A stretch of DNA of 18,991 nt from positions 1 through 18,991 of the forward strand of contig JBNJFI010000037.1 of the NCBI GenBank assembly GCA_051746725.1. Reading direction: 5' to 3'. A program made the translations under genes and the position numbers. Under the pieces are notes generated by a model that ran no database searches, was not told where the DNA came from, and saw nothing but the letters and a program-made list of their open reading frames with translations. How positions within the stretch are numbered: the stretch's first letter is position 1; each line of letters opens with the position of its first letter. Of the stretch, positions 8,093 through 17,563 are shown piece by piece. The stretch comes from Fusobacteriota bacterium. Lineage in GTDB: Bacteria > Fusobacteriota > Fusobacteriia > Fusobacteriales > JBNJFI01.

Positions 8093-8197
8093 GCAGTTAA
8101 TAATGAATAATGAATAGTGAATAGTGAAAAGATAAGAGATAAAAGATAAAAGATGAAAGATAAGAGATGAAAGATAAGGGACAAGAGATAAAGGGAC
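8093..8197 (+). repeat. Heptamer tandem array (14-15 units) directly after the argF stop
   Basis: GCAGTTA (ATAATGA)2 (ATAGTGA)2 AAAGATA AGAGATA AAAGATA AAAGATG AAAGATA AGAGATG AAAGATA AGGGACA AGAGATA in exact 7-nt register (8093-8190), then a shifted AAGGGAC. Confidence 0.88.
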
Positions 8198-8242
8198 TTA
8201 AAAATAAAGATATATTATTAATAAAACATAAAGGAGAGAAAA

Positions 8243-9478
8243 ATGGGTGAAGATAAAAAAGTAAAAAAGGTAGTTTTAGCATATTCAGGTGGGCTTGATA
8301 CATCTGTAATGATACCATGGTTAAAGGAAAATTATGGATGTGAAGTAATAGCTTTTGCAGCGGATTTAGGTCAAGGAGAAGAGTTAGATCCTTTGAATGA
8401 AAAGGCTATAGAGACTGGAGCATCAAAAATATATATAGAAGATTTAAGAGAAGAATTTTTAACAGAATATATTTGGCCAACTTTAAAAGCTGGAGCAATA
8501 TATGAAGATAAATATTTAATGGGAACTGCATTTGCAAGACCTTTGATAGCAAAAAAACAGATAGAAATTGCCCAAAAAGAGGGAGCCGATGCAGTTGCAC
8601 ATGGTGCAACTGGAAAAGGTAATGACCAAGTGAGATTTGAAACTGGATATATGGCAAATGATCCAAGTATAAAAATAATTGCTCCTTGGAAAGATGATAA
8701 ATGGGACTTAACTTCAAGAGAAGCAGCTATTGAATATGCTGAGGAGAGAAATATACCTTTAGAACAGACTAAGGAAAAAATATATTCTAGAGATAGAAAT
8801 CTATGGCATATATCACATGAAGGCGGAGACTTAGAAAATCCTTGGAATGAACCAAAAGATGACTTATATGTTTTATCTAAAACAATAGAAGAAGCTCCGG
8901 ATAAAGCAACTTATGTTGAAGTTGGTTTCAAAAAAGGAGAACCAATTAGTGTAGATGGAGAACTTTTAAAACCTATTGAATTAATGGAAAAATTAAATGA
9001 AATAGGTGGAGAAAACGCAATTGGCCAAATAGATATGGTTGAAAATAGATTAGTAGGAATGAAATCTAGGGGGGTTTATGAAACTCCAGGTGGAACAATA
9101 CTTTATCATGCACATAAAGAGTTAGAAAGATTATGTCTTCCTAAGGAAACTATGCAATATAAAGAGATAATTGCCAAAAAGTATGCTAATTTATTATATA
9201 ATGGACAGTGGTTTACAAAACTTAGAGAATCTTTAGATGCCTTTGTAAATGAAACACAGGAAAATGTAACAGGAATAGTTAGACTTAAATTATATAAAGG
9301 AAACATAAGAAATGCAGGAACTAAATCAGATTATTCATTATATTCTGAAGAATTAGCTAGTTTTGAAGATATAGATATGTATGATCAAAAAGATGCAGAT
9401 GGGTTTATCAGATTATTTGGTTTACCTCAACGTGTGGATGCAATGCTAAAAGAAAAGATGTCAAAAAAGAATAAATAA
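8243..9478 (+). CDS. argG: Argininosuccinate synthase
   Basis: [67 protein letters not shown]. Confidence 0.98.
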   Translation: MGEDKKVKKVVLAYSGGLDTSVMIPWLKENYGCEVIAFAADLGQGEELDPLNEKAIETGASKIYIEDLREEFLTEYIWPTLKAGAIYEDKYLMGTAFARPLIAKKQIEIAQKEGADAVAHGATGKGNDQVRFETGYMANDPSIKIIAPWKDDKWDLTSREAAIEYAEERNIPLEQTKEKIYSRDRNLWHISHEGGDLENPWNEPKDDLYVLSKTIEEAPDKATYVEVGFKKGEPISVDGELLKPIELMEKLNEIGGENAIGQIDMVENRLVGMKSRGVYETPGGTILYHAHKELERLCLPKETMQYKEIIAKKYANLLYNGQWFTKLRESLDAFVNETQENVTGIVRLKLYKGNIRNAGTKSDYSLYSEELASFEDIDMYDQKDADGFIRLFGLPQRVDAMLKEKMSKKNK

Positions 9479-9492
9479 GAATAAAAATTTAA

Positions 9493-9537
9493 TATATAAA
9501 ACAAAAAACAGGTTAACCCTGTTTTTTGTTTTATATA
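9493..9537 (+). terminator. Terminator-like perfect 20-bp inverted repeat after argG
   Basis: TATATAAAACAAAAAACAGG-ttaac-CCTGTTTTTTGTTTTATATA. Confidence 0.8.
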
Positions 9538-9565
9538 AAGATATTGAGAAAAGATAGGAGAAATA

Positions 9566-10042
9566 ATGGAGTATAAGATAAAAAAATTGGAACCAGAAGA
9601 TAATAAAAAAATAGAAAAAGTTATACGAGATTGCTTAATAGAATATGGAGCAGATCAAGATGGATTTGCTTGGTCAGACCCTGAATTAGAAAAACTTTCA
9701 AGTGCATATACTGGAGAAGATGAGAGATATTGGGTTGTCAAAAAAGGGGATAAAATTTTAGGGGGAGTTGGAATAAAGGGGATTAATTTAGATGGGGTTT
9801 GTGAATTACAAAAGATGTATTTATTAAGAGAAGCCAGGGGAAAGGGGATAGCTGGGAAATTATTAAACAAGGCATTAAAATTTGCTGAAAAACATTATAA
9901 AACTTGTTATTTAGAAACCTTGGAAAACATGAAAAGAGCAAATAGTTTTTATAAAAAGCATGGGTTTGAGGAGTTGGGAAAACCACTTTTGAAAACGGAA
10001 CATTACGGATGTGATAGGTGGTATAAATTAGAACTAAAATAA
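9566..10042 (+). CDS. GNAT family N-acetyltransferase (YjgM-like)
   Basis: ILGGVGI, CELQKMYL, acetyl-CoA loop ARGKGIAGKL, CYLETLENMKRANSFYKKHGF, C-terminal TEHYGCDRWY. RBS AGGAG. Confidence 0.88.
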   Translation: MEYKIKKLEPEDNKKIEKVIRDCLIEYGADQDGFAWSDPELEKLSSAYTGEDERYWVVKKGDKILGGVGIKGINLDGVCELQKMYLLREARGKGIAGKLLNKALKFAEKHYKTCYLETLENMKRANSFYKKHGFEELGKPLLKTEHYGCDRWYKLELK

Positions 10043-10064
10043 TAAAGTCTAAAGGGGGTTATAT

Positions 10065-11915
10065 ATGTACGATAGACTGAATAAAATCACCAAAAAACAG
10101 TGGAAGATAGTTTCAGGTGTTACTTTGATTTTAGTAATATTAAACATTATATTATTTTTCTATTTTAGAAATATTCTATATAAAAGAATAAAATCTAATC
10201 TTGAATATAAGGTTGAAAAGATAGGAGAAAGAATAAAATCTGGGACCTTTTTTAGAATAAAGGGAGCAGCTAAAAATTTAGCAAAAGACCCTTATATAAT
10301 AAATTTTTTATCAGATAATACAACAAATAATATAACCAATAATAATATAAATATAATTTTAAGAAATGTAAAGGATATATATTCGGCCAATACAGTGTAT
10401 TTAATGAATAATAATGGATTAGTTAAAGCCAGTACAACTTATGGAGATTCTGGAAAAACTTTTTTGAAAAACAGGTATAATTTCAGACCATATTTTAAAG
10501 AAGCAATGAAGGGAAAAGAATATCTTTACGGAGCGGTGGGAATAACTTCAAAAGAGAGAGGATTTTATTTTAGCGTTCCAGTAAGAAAAGGGTCTAGGGT
10601 AATAGGAGTTATTGTAATAAAAATGGATCTAGATCAATTAGAAAATGTATTATATAGTGAATCTGAGAAAGTTATGTTGCTATCTCCCCATGGAGTTATT
10701 TTTGCATCAAATGAAAATGATTTAAAATTTAAAGTTTTAAAAGATAAAAAATATCAAGAAATATCGGAAAAAGTTCAATCTGAAGTATATGCAGATATGT
10801 TAAAAGATAAAATGGAATTTATTAAACGGGGTAAATTTGTAGAATATGGTAAAGATTTATATATAAAAGAGATGACAAAAAATAATTTAGAAGGCAGATG
10901 GCAGATATTAGTATTATCAAAGGTATCAAGATATATCTATTCACCTGAGTATTTATATCCTTTTTTGACAGGATTTTTGTTTTTAGCTTTATTTTCAGTA
11001 ATAATAGTTATATTTTTAATTGAATTATTTTATAGAATGGAAATTGAGAAAAACATACGAAAATTTTCTCAGGTAATAGAAAATAGTCCAATATCAGTTG
11101 TAATAACTGATCCAGATGGTAATATAGAATATGTAAATCCATATTTTGAAAAGCTTACTGGCTATTCAGAGAAAGAAGTTATAGGAGAAAATCCCAGAAT
11201 ACTGAAAAGTGAAGATAAAAGTGACAAAGAATATAAAGAATTGTGGAATAAAATCTCAAAGGGGAATACATGGAGAGGGGAATTTTATAATAAAAAGAAA
11301 AATGGAGATTATTATTGGGAAAGAGCCAAGATATCTTCTATAAAAGATAAAAATGGTGAAATAGAAGCCTATATTGGATTGAAAGAAGATATAACTCGAG
11401 AAAAAAGATTGAGAAAAGAGATAGAATTTTATGCCAAAATGGATGAGTTAACTGCGGTTTATAATAGAAGAGCAGGATATGATATGCTTTCAAAAAAGAT
11501 AGAACTTTGTAGTAGAAAAGATGAAAATTTTAGTATTTCTTTTTTAGATATTAATAATCTTAAATATGTAAATGATAACTTAGGACATGATTTTGGAGAT
11601 AAGTTAATTTTAAATGTAGTAGAGGAGATAAAAGATGCTATTAGAAAATCCGATTATATAATCCGATTTGGTGGAGATGAATTTATAATTGCCTTTGATG
11701 ATTCAAGCAAAAAAGAGGTTGAAAGGATTATGGAGAGAATTCAAAAAAGTTTAGATAAAAAGAATAAATCTGAAAAATATAACTATCATATGAGTATTAG
11801 CTATGGAATTGAAGAGTATGATCCCAAAGATCCTCTTGATTTAGAAAAGTTAATATTTAATGCAGATGAAAAGATGTATAAATATAAAAAATGGTATAAG
11901 AATAAATTTCTATAA
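10065..11915 (+). CDS. Membrane-anchored diguanylate cyclase (TM - Cache sensor - TM - PAS/PAC - GGDEF)
   Basis: Two hydrophobic segments flank a DctB/Cache-like region (YNFRPYFKEAM, GITSKERGFYFSVPV). PAS (ITDPDGNIEYVNPYFEKLTGYS...WRGEFYNKKKNGDYYW), DELTAVYNRR, LKYVNDNLGHDFGD, intact RFGGDEF with an RxxD I-site (RKSD). Confidence 0.93.
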   Translation: MYDRLNKITKKQWKIVSGVTLILVILNIILFFYFRNILYKRIKSNLEYKVEKIGERIKSGTFFRIKGAAKNLAKDPYIINFLSDNTTNNITNNNINIILRNVKDIYSANTVYLMNNNGLVKASTTYGDSGKTFLKNRYNFRPYFKEAMKGKEYLYGAVGITSKERGFYFSVPVRKGSRVIGVIVIKMDLDQLENVLYSESEKVMLLSPHGVIFASNENDLKFKVLKDKKYQEISEKVQSEVYADMLKDKMEFIKRGKFVEYGKDLYIKEMTKNNLEGRWQILVLSKVSRYIYSPEYLYPFLTGFLFLALFSVIIVIFLIELFYRMEIEKNIRKFSQVIENSPISVVITDPDGNIEYVNPYFEKLTGYSEKEVIGENPRILKSEDKSDKEYKELWNKISKGNTWRGEFYNKKKNGDYYWERAKISSIKDKNGEIEAYIGLKEDITREKRLRKEIEFYAKMDELTAVYNRRAGYDMLSKKIELCSRKDENFSISFLDINNLKYVNDNLGHDFGDKLILNVVEEIKDAIRKSDYIIRFGGDEFIIAFDDSSKKEVERIMERIQKSLDKKNKSEKYNYHMSISYGIEEYDPKDPLDLEKLIFNADEKMYKYKKWYKNKFL

Positions 11916-11927
11916 GGAGAAGATAAA

Positions 11928-13106
11928 ATGATAATATTGGATAAACCATATGTTTCAAAATTTTTAGCAGATACAGTTAAAAAATTAGATATTCCAGTTT
12001 TAGAAAACTTAGCTTTAAAAGATTTTAGAATAAAAGGAGATCTAAAAATATATAATAATGAAGAATTTATAGAAAAATATAAAAAAAACAAATTTCCACT
12101 TTTATATAGTAACTCGGAAAATTCAATAAATTGGGTTACTAATAATTTATCGTTTAGTGAACTTCCAAAAAAGATAGAAACTTTTAAAGATAAGGTAAAA
12201 TTTAGAAAGTTAATTAAAGAAATATACCCTAATTTATTTTATAAGGAAATTTCTTTTAAAGATATAGATAAACTAAATATAGATAAAATAAAGATGCCGT
12301 TTATAATAAAGCCATCAGTTGGATTTTTTAGCCTTGGAGTTTATAAAGTGGAAAATAAAAAAAGTTGGGAAGAGATAAAAAATAAACTCCAAGAGGAAAT
12401 TAAAGAAGCTAGACATAACTATCCAGTAGAAGTAATAGATACAGATAAATTTATAATAGAAGAATATATCGAAGGAGATGAATTTGCAGTTGATCTTTAT
12501 TTCGATAAAAATGGAGAGCCTGTTATTTTAAATATATTAAAACATATTTTTTCTTCCAGTGATGATGTAACTGACAGGGTATATATAACTTCAAAAAAGG
12601 TAATTAGTAAATATAAAGGTATATTTTTAAATTTTTTAGAGAAATTATCTGATTTAATAGATCTAAAAGGTTTTCCTATGCATGTTGAATTTAGAGTGGA
12701 TTCAGATAATAAAGTTATTCCTATTGAGGTAAACCCAATGAGATTTGCAGGGTGGTGTACAACTGATATTGCTTATCATGCCTATGGAATAAATATATAT
12801 AAGTACTTTTTTGAGCAAAAAAGGCCAGACTGGAAAAAAATATTAAAAAATAAAAATGACGATATCTTCAGCATTATTATTGCAGATGTTCCTAGAAGTA
12901 TAAAAATTAAAGATATTGAATATATAAATTATAAAAAATTCAAAGAAAGTTTTGAATCCCCATTGGAACTGAGAAAAATTGATTATAAAAAACATGGTGT
13001 TTTTGCATTTTTATTTACTAAAACCGCCCCAGAAAACTGGAAGGAAGTTAATGAGATTTTGAGATCAGATTTAACAGAGTATATAAAATTGATGAAAAAA
13101 AATTGA
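11928..13106 (+). CDS. ATP-grasp domain protein (carboxylate-amine ligase fold), substrate unknown
   Basis: KDKVKFR, PFIIKPSVGFFSLGV, FIIEEYIEGDEFAVD, HVEFR, PIEVNPMRFAG. RBS AAGGAG overlaps the upstream stop. Confidence 0.85.
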   Translation: MIILDKPYVSKFLADTVKKLDIPVLENLALKDFRIKGDLKIYNNEEFIEKYKKNKFPLLYSNSENSINWVTNNLSFSELPKKIETFKDKVKFRKLIKEIYPNLFYKEISFKDIDKLNIDKIKMPFIIKPSVGFFSLGVYKVENKKSWEEIKNKLQEEIKEARHNYPVEVIDTDKFIIEEYIEGDEFAVDLYFDKNGEPVILNILKHIFSSSDDVTDRVYITSKKVISKYKGIFLNFLEKLSDLIDLKGFPMHVEFRVDSDNKVIPIEVNPMRFAGWCTTDIAYHAYGINIYKYFFEQKRPDWKKILKNKNDDIFSIIIADVPRSIKIKDIEYINYKKFKESFESPLELRKIDYKKHGVFAFLFTKTAPENWKEVNEILRSDLTEYIKLMKKN

Positions 13107-13131
13107 AAAAAAATTATATATAAAGTATAAT
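13103..13131 (+). promoter_or_regulatory. sigma70 promoter of the CheB/CheR hybrid kinase; the -35 overlaps the ATP-grasp stop codon
   Basis: TTGAAA (13103-13108), 17 nt, TATAAT (13126-13131). Confidence 0.68.
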
Positions 13132-13183
13132 AAAGTGTAATGATATAAAATTTGCACAGATTTAATCAAAAAAGGGGGATAAA

Positions 13184-16100
13184 ATGGGAAAGAAAAATAT
13201 TTTTGTAGTTGGAATAGGAGCATCAGCAGGTGGGTTAGAAGCGCTAAGTAAATTTTTTGCACATATGCCTAAAAATGATCTTATGTCTTTTGTAGTTATT
13301 CAACATTTATCTCCAGATTATAAAAGTTTGATGCCAGAACTTTTGGGAAAAAAGACAAATCTAACAGTTCAACAGATAAAAGACGATATGGAGATAGAAA
13401 GAAATAATATCTATTTAATCCCTCCTAAAAAAAATATAGAAATAGAGGGAAACAGATTAAAGTTAATTGATTATATCCCACACAAGGGTTTAAATTTACC
13501 TATAGATTTATTTTTTGAATCATTAGCCCATGAACATAAAGAAAAATCCATAGCAATAATTTTATCTGGAACAGGTAGTGATGGTTCGGTAGGGATAAGA
13601 GCCATTAAAGAGCAAGGTGGAATGGTTATGGTTCAAAATCCTTTTTCTGCAAAGTTCGATGGTATGCCTAGAAATGCAATATCAACTGGTATAGTAGATT
13701 TTGTTTTAGATATAGAAGAAATGCCGAAAAAGATTATGAAATACTTAAATCATCCGTATATTTCAGATGATTCTCCTGAACATATAAATTATGAAAATGA
13801 AGATACCATAACAAAAATTTTACGTATAATTAGGCATGAAACGGAATTAGATTTTTCTGATTATAAAAGAAATACAATAATTAGGAGGATTCAAAAAAGA
13901 ATGAGTGTTAAGGGGATTAAAGATATAGAAGATTACGAAAGATATATATATAGTCATCCTTCGGAAGCAAAAGTTTTACATAGGGAACTTTTAATAGGAG
14001 TGACTAAATTTTTTCGTGATAAAGAGATTTTTTCGAAATTAGAAGAGAAATTTCTACCTGATATAATAAGCCATAAAAAGAATAAGAATGAAATAAGAGT
14101 GTGGATAGCTGGATGTTCTACAGGTCAAGAAGCTTACACAATTGCCATTATAATAAAGGATTACTTGAAAAAAAAGGAAAATTATGCAGAAGTAAAAATT
14201 TTTGCAACAGATATACATGAGAGCTCTTTAAAAATAGCAAGTAAAGGAGAATATAAAGAATCATCTGTTGTAGAAGTTCCCAAAGAATATTTGGCAAAAT
14301 ATTTTAACCAAGAAGATGGAGTTTATAAGATAAAAAAAGAGATAAGAGAAATGATAGTATTTGCAAAACACGATCTTATAAAGGATCCTCCTTTTTATAA
14401 AATAGATTTGATTACTTGTCGAAATGTTTTAATATATTTTAATAGTGATTTACAAAAAAGGTTAATTTCTCTGTTTAATTTTTCTTTAAATGATGATGGA
14501 TATTTGTTTTTAGGAAAAAGTGAGACAATAGGAGATTTAAATCAATTATTTGATTTAAAAGACAAAAAAGCAAAGATATATAAATCAAAGGGGAGGAAGA
14601 AAAATTATGGCTTATCTTCCATGGTTATTCCAAATCTAGAACAAAAGCCAATAACAATAAGAGAAAAAAGCAAATCAGTTAGTAATGAAAGTCGTGAAAA
14701 TATAAATATTTATAAACTTTTAATAGAAAAACATGTTTCTCCCTGTATAATAGTAAATGATAAACAGGAAATAGTCCATGTTTATGGAAATGTTGGTAAG
14801 TTTTTTGAATTTGCACCGGGACAAATTAATTTTTCATTAAATAATTTATTAAATGAAGAGTTAGAAGCGATTATAGGAAGTGCGTTGCATAAATTAAAAA
14901 GCGGAAACAAAAATAAGGAATATAGATATCTAGACAGAAAAACTGTTATAGATGGAAAAAAAGTATTTTTTAATCTCAAGATTTCTAAATTAAACAAAAA
15001 AGACAGATATAAAAATTATTATGAGATTATTTTTGAAGAAAAAGAAAAAAATAAACAGAAAATAGAAGACCCTGAAAATATTGAATATGATAATAATAAT
15101 GATGGTAGAGTTCAAGACTTAGAAGAAGAACTTTCGTATACAAAGGAAACCTTACAGTCAACTGTTGAAGAATTAGAAACTTCCAACGAAGAGCTTCAAG
15201 CTACTAATGAAGAATTAATGGCTTCAAATGAAGAATTACAAAGTACCAATGAAGAATTACAGTCTGTAAATGAAGAGTTGATAACGGTAAATTCTGAACA
15301 TCAAAGTAAAATAGAAGAATTAGAAGACTTAAATGATGATATAAATAATCTTTTAAGAAGTACAGATATAGGAACAATTTTTGTGGATGAAAATCTTTCA
15401 ATACGTAAATTTACTCCAAAGACAACTAAAGAGATAAATCTAATAGAAAAAGACATAGGACGACCTTTAGAACATATATCGCATAATTTGAAAAATCCCA
15501 AATTATTAGAAGATGCCAAAAAGGTCTTAGAAGATCTAACTACAGTAGAAAGAGAAGTAGAAAACAAAAAAGGCGAAACTTATTTAAAAAGAACTCTTCC
15601 ATTTAGAACCAAAAAAGACAAGATTGAAGGGGTTGTAATAACTTTTATAAATATAACAAGTCAGAAAGATATAACTAAAAAATTAGATTTAGAACGTAAA
15701 AAATTAACTAAAATTATTGATGATAGTCCAATTGGAATATGTATTACAGATGAGAAAGGTATATTTGAAAAGGTTAATGAATCTTATTGCAAAATATATG
15801 ATTATAACCCTGAAGAATTAATAGGAAATCATTTTACCTTAGTAGTACCTGATGAACACAAAGACGAATTAACAAAATTGCACGATGATTTTATAGAACA
15901 AAAGATGGAATTAACAGGAGAATGGAAAGTTAAGCGTAAAGATGGAAAAATAATTGATATTATAGCAGAAGCTACATATATAGATTGGGAAGATGGAAAA
16001 GGAAGGAAAGTAACTTTTGTATATGATATTACTGAAAAGAATAAACTAGAAGAAAACTTGAAAACAGCAAAAGAAAAAGCTGAAAAGGCAAGCAAATATA

Positions 16101-17536
16101 AGTCAGAATTTTTAGCAAATATAAGTCACGACATCAGAACTCCGTTAAATGCTATAATTGGTTTTTCAGAAATGATATTAGAAAAGGAGGACCGAAATCT
16201 AGAGGAATTAGACAATATAATAGCTGCTTCTAAACAACTGTTAAATCTAGTAAATGATATTTTGGATATTTCTAGGATGGATAGTAAAAAAGAAATAATA
16301 CAAAAAGAAGATTTTATAATGAAAGGCGTAATAGATGATGTGGAATCTATGTTTAGAATTCAAAAGAAAGGAGCTAAGTTTGATTTTGAAATAGATCTCG
16401 ATGAAGATTTTCCTTATATTGTAAATACAGATAGAAGGCGAATTTTACAAATAATAAGCAACTTAGTGGGGAATGCATTTAAATTTACTGAAAAAGGTGA
16501 AGTTAAATTATCAATGAAATATAAATATGATACAGGAAATATATATATTAGTGTGAAAGATACAGGAATAGGTATAAGTAAAAAAAATAGAGAAAAAATA
16601 TTTGAAACATTTGAACAAGAAAAAAATGAGTTATCAATAAAAACAAATGGTGTTGGATTGGGTTTGTCGATAATAAAAAAATTATCTAATTTAATGGGGG
16701 GTAAAGTAAATTTAATTAGCGAAAAGGGAAAAGGAAGTGAGTTTATAGTTGAAATACCAGCTAAAATAATCAAAAAATTTCCAAGTACTGAAGTATACAA
16801 CGCCCAAGAATTAATAGAAAAATGGATTGATAATATGGGAGGAGAAGAAGAACTCGAGGACATAATCTATGAACAAATAGATAGACTACCAGGAGAAATA
16901 AAATCAATTCAAAAGGCTTTAGAAGAAAAGGAAATGGAAAAAGTAAAGCGAAAACTCCACAGAATATCTGGAAGTTGTGGAAATTTACAAATGACGGAAC
17001 TCTACGAACCACTTCGTGATATGTATGTGAGGCTTTTGGAATCAGAGATATCATTTAGTGAAATATCTGATTCAATGGAAGAGATATATCTAATGGTAAA
17101 AGCTCTAAAAAAACATAAAAAATCCAGAAAAGTATTTAAAAGTAACATAGATAAGAATGCTAAAGTCCTAATAGTAGAAGATGCCTATATGAATAGAAAA
17201 TTACTTGGAACTATTTTAAAATCAGAAGGTGTTAATTATGAATTTGCTGAAAATGGGAAATTAGCTTTGGATATGATGAGCAAAAAAGATTACCAATTAA
17301 TTCTTTTAGATTCTCAGATGCCTGTAATGGATGGATATGAAACATTGGAAAGAATAAGAAAGAGTTCGAAATTTAAAAATATGCATGTAATAATCATAAC
17401 TGCTAATATTTTAAAATCAGCAAGGGAAAAATATAAGGAGTTAGGATGTAGTGAATTTTTGACAAAGCCAATTGACCGAAATGATCTATTAGAACTAATA
17501 GATAAATATATAGGAAAGGGTAGAAAAGATAATTAA
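13184..17536 (+). CDS. CheB methylesterase - CheR methyltransferase - PAS - coiled coil - PAS - HisKA - HATPase - HPt-like - REC hybrid sensor kinase
   Basis: CheB triad GASAGG / QHL / GTGSDG. Che[40 protein letters not shown] heptads and PAS segments. [13 protein letters not shown] (His codon 16127), [22 protein letters not shown]. HPt-like [12 protein letters not shown] (His 16958). REC IVED...LLDSQMP (Asp 17309)...TKP. Confidence 0.93.
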   Translation: MGKKNIFVVGIGASAGGLEALSKFFAHMPKNDLMSFVVIQHLSPDYKSLMPELLGKKTNLTVQQIKDDMEIERNNIYLIPPKKNIEIEGNRLKLIDYIPHKGLNLPIDLFFESLAHEHKEKSIAIILSGTGSDGSVGIRAIKEQGGMVMVQNPFSAKFDGMPRNAISTGIVDFVLDIEEMPKKIMKYLNHPYISDDSPEHINYENEDTITKILRIIRHETELDFSDYKRNTIIRRIQKRMSVKGIKDIEDYERYIYSHPSEAKVLHRELLIGVTKFFRDKEIFSKLEEKFLPDIISHKKNKNEIRVWIAGCSTGQEAYTIAIIIKDYLKKKENYAEVKIFATDIHESSLKIASKGEYKESSVVEVPKEYLAKYFNQEDGVYKIKKEIREMIVFAKHDLIKDPPFYKIDLITCRNVLIYFNSDLQKRLISLFNFSLNDDGYLFLGKSETIGDLNQLFDLKDKKAKIYKSKGRKKNYGLSSMVIPNLEQKPITIREKSKSVSNESRENINIYKLLIEKHVSPCIIVNDKQEIVHVYGNVGKFFEFAPGQINFSLNNLLNEELEAIIGSALHKLKSGNKNKEYRYLDRKTVIDGKKVFFNLKISKLNKKDRYKNYYEIIFEEKEKNKQKIEDPENIEYDNNNDGRVQDLEEELSYTKETLQSTVEELETSNEELQATNEELMASNEELQSTNEELQSVNEELITVNSEHQSKIEELEDLNDDINNLLRSTDIGTIFVDENLSIRKFTPKTTKEINLIEKDIGRPLEHISHNLKNPKLLEDAKKVLEDLTTVEREVENKKGETYLKRTLPFRTKKDKIEGVVITFINITSQKDITKKLDLERKKLTKIIDDSPIGICITDEKGIFEKVNESYCKIYDYNPEELIGNHFTLVVPDEHKDELTKLHDDFIEQKMELTGEWKVKRKDGKIIDIIAEATYIDWEDGKGRKVTFVYDITEKNKLEENLKTAKEKAEKASKYKSEFLANISHDIRTPLNAIIGFSEMILEKEDRNLEELDNIIAASKQLLNLVNDILDISRMDSKKEIIQKEDFIMKGVIDDVESMFRIQKKGAKFDFEIDLDEDFPYIVNTDRRRILQIISNLVGNAFKFTEKGEVKLSMKYKYDTGNIYISVKDTGIGISKKNREKIFETFEQEKNELSIKTNGVGLGLSIIKKLSNLMGGKVNLISEKGKGSEFIVEIPAKIIKKFPSTEVYNAQELIEKWIDNMGGEEELEDIIYEQIDRLPGEIKSIQKALEEKEMEKVKRKLHRISGSCGNLQMTELYEPLRDMYVRLLESEISFSEISDSMEEIYLMVKALKKHKKSRKVFKSNIDKNAKVLIVEDAYMNRKLLGTILKSEGVNYEFAENGKLALDMMSKKDYQLILLDSQMPVMDGYETLERIRKSSKFKNMHVIIITANILKSAREKYKELGCSEFLTKPIDRNDLLELIDKYIGKGRKDN

Positions 17537-17563
17537 AAAAAATAGCTTTAGGAGGTGAAAACA

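Noticed and set aside
8100..8127. TGAATA-containing units upstream of argG as ArgR (ARG) boxes
   Set aside because: Only direct-repeat half-sites at 7-nt spacing are present. The complementary ATTCA half of the palindrome is missing.
8097..8318. 73-aa minus-strand ORF over the argF-argG spacer
   Set aside because: Its F/I/S/Y/L-rich sequence is just the translation of the heptamer array plus the antisense of the argG start.
15161..15280. 21-bp periodic DNA repeat as a CRISPR array or minisatellite
   Set aside because: It is in frame, varies at synonymous positions and encodes the NEEL coiled-coil heptads. There are no spacers.
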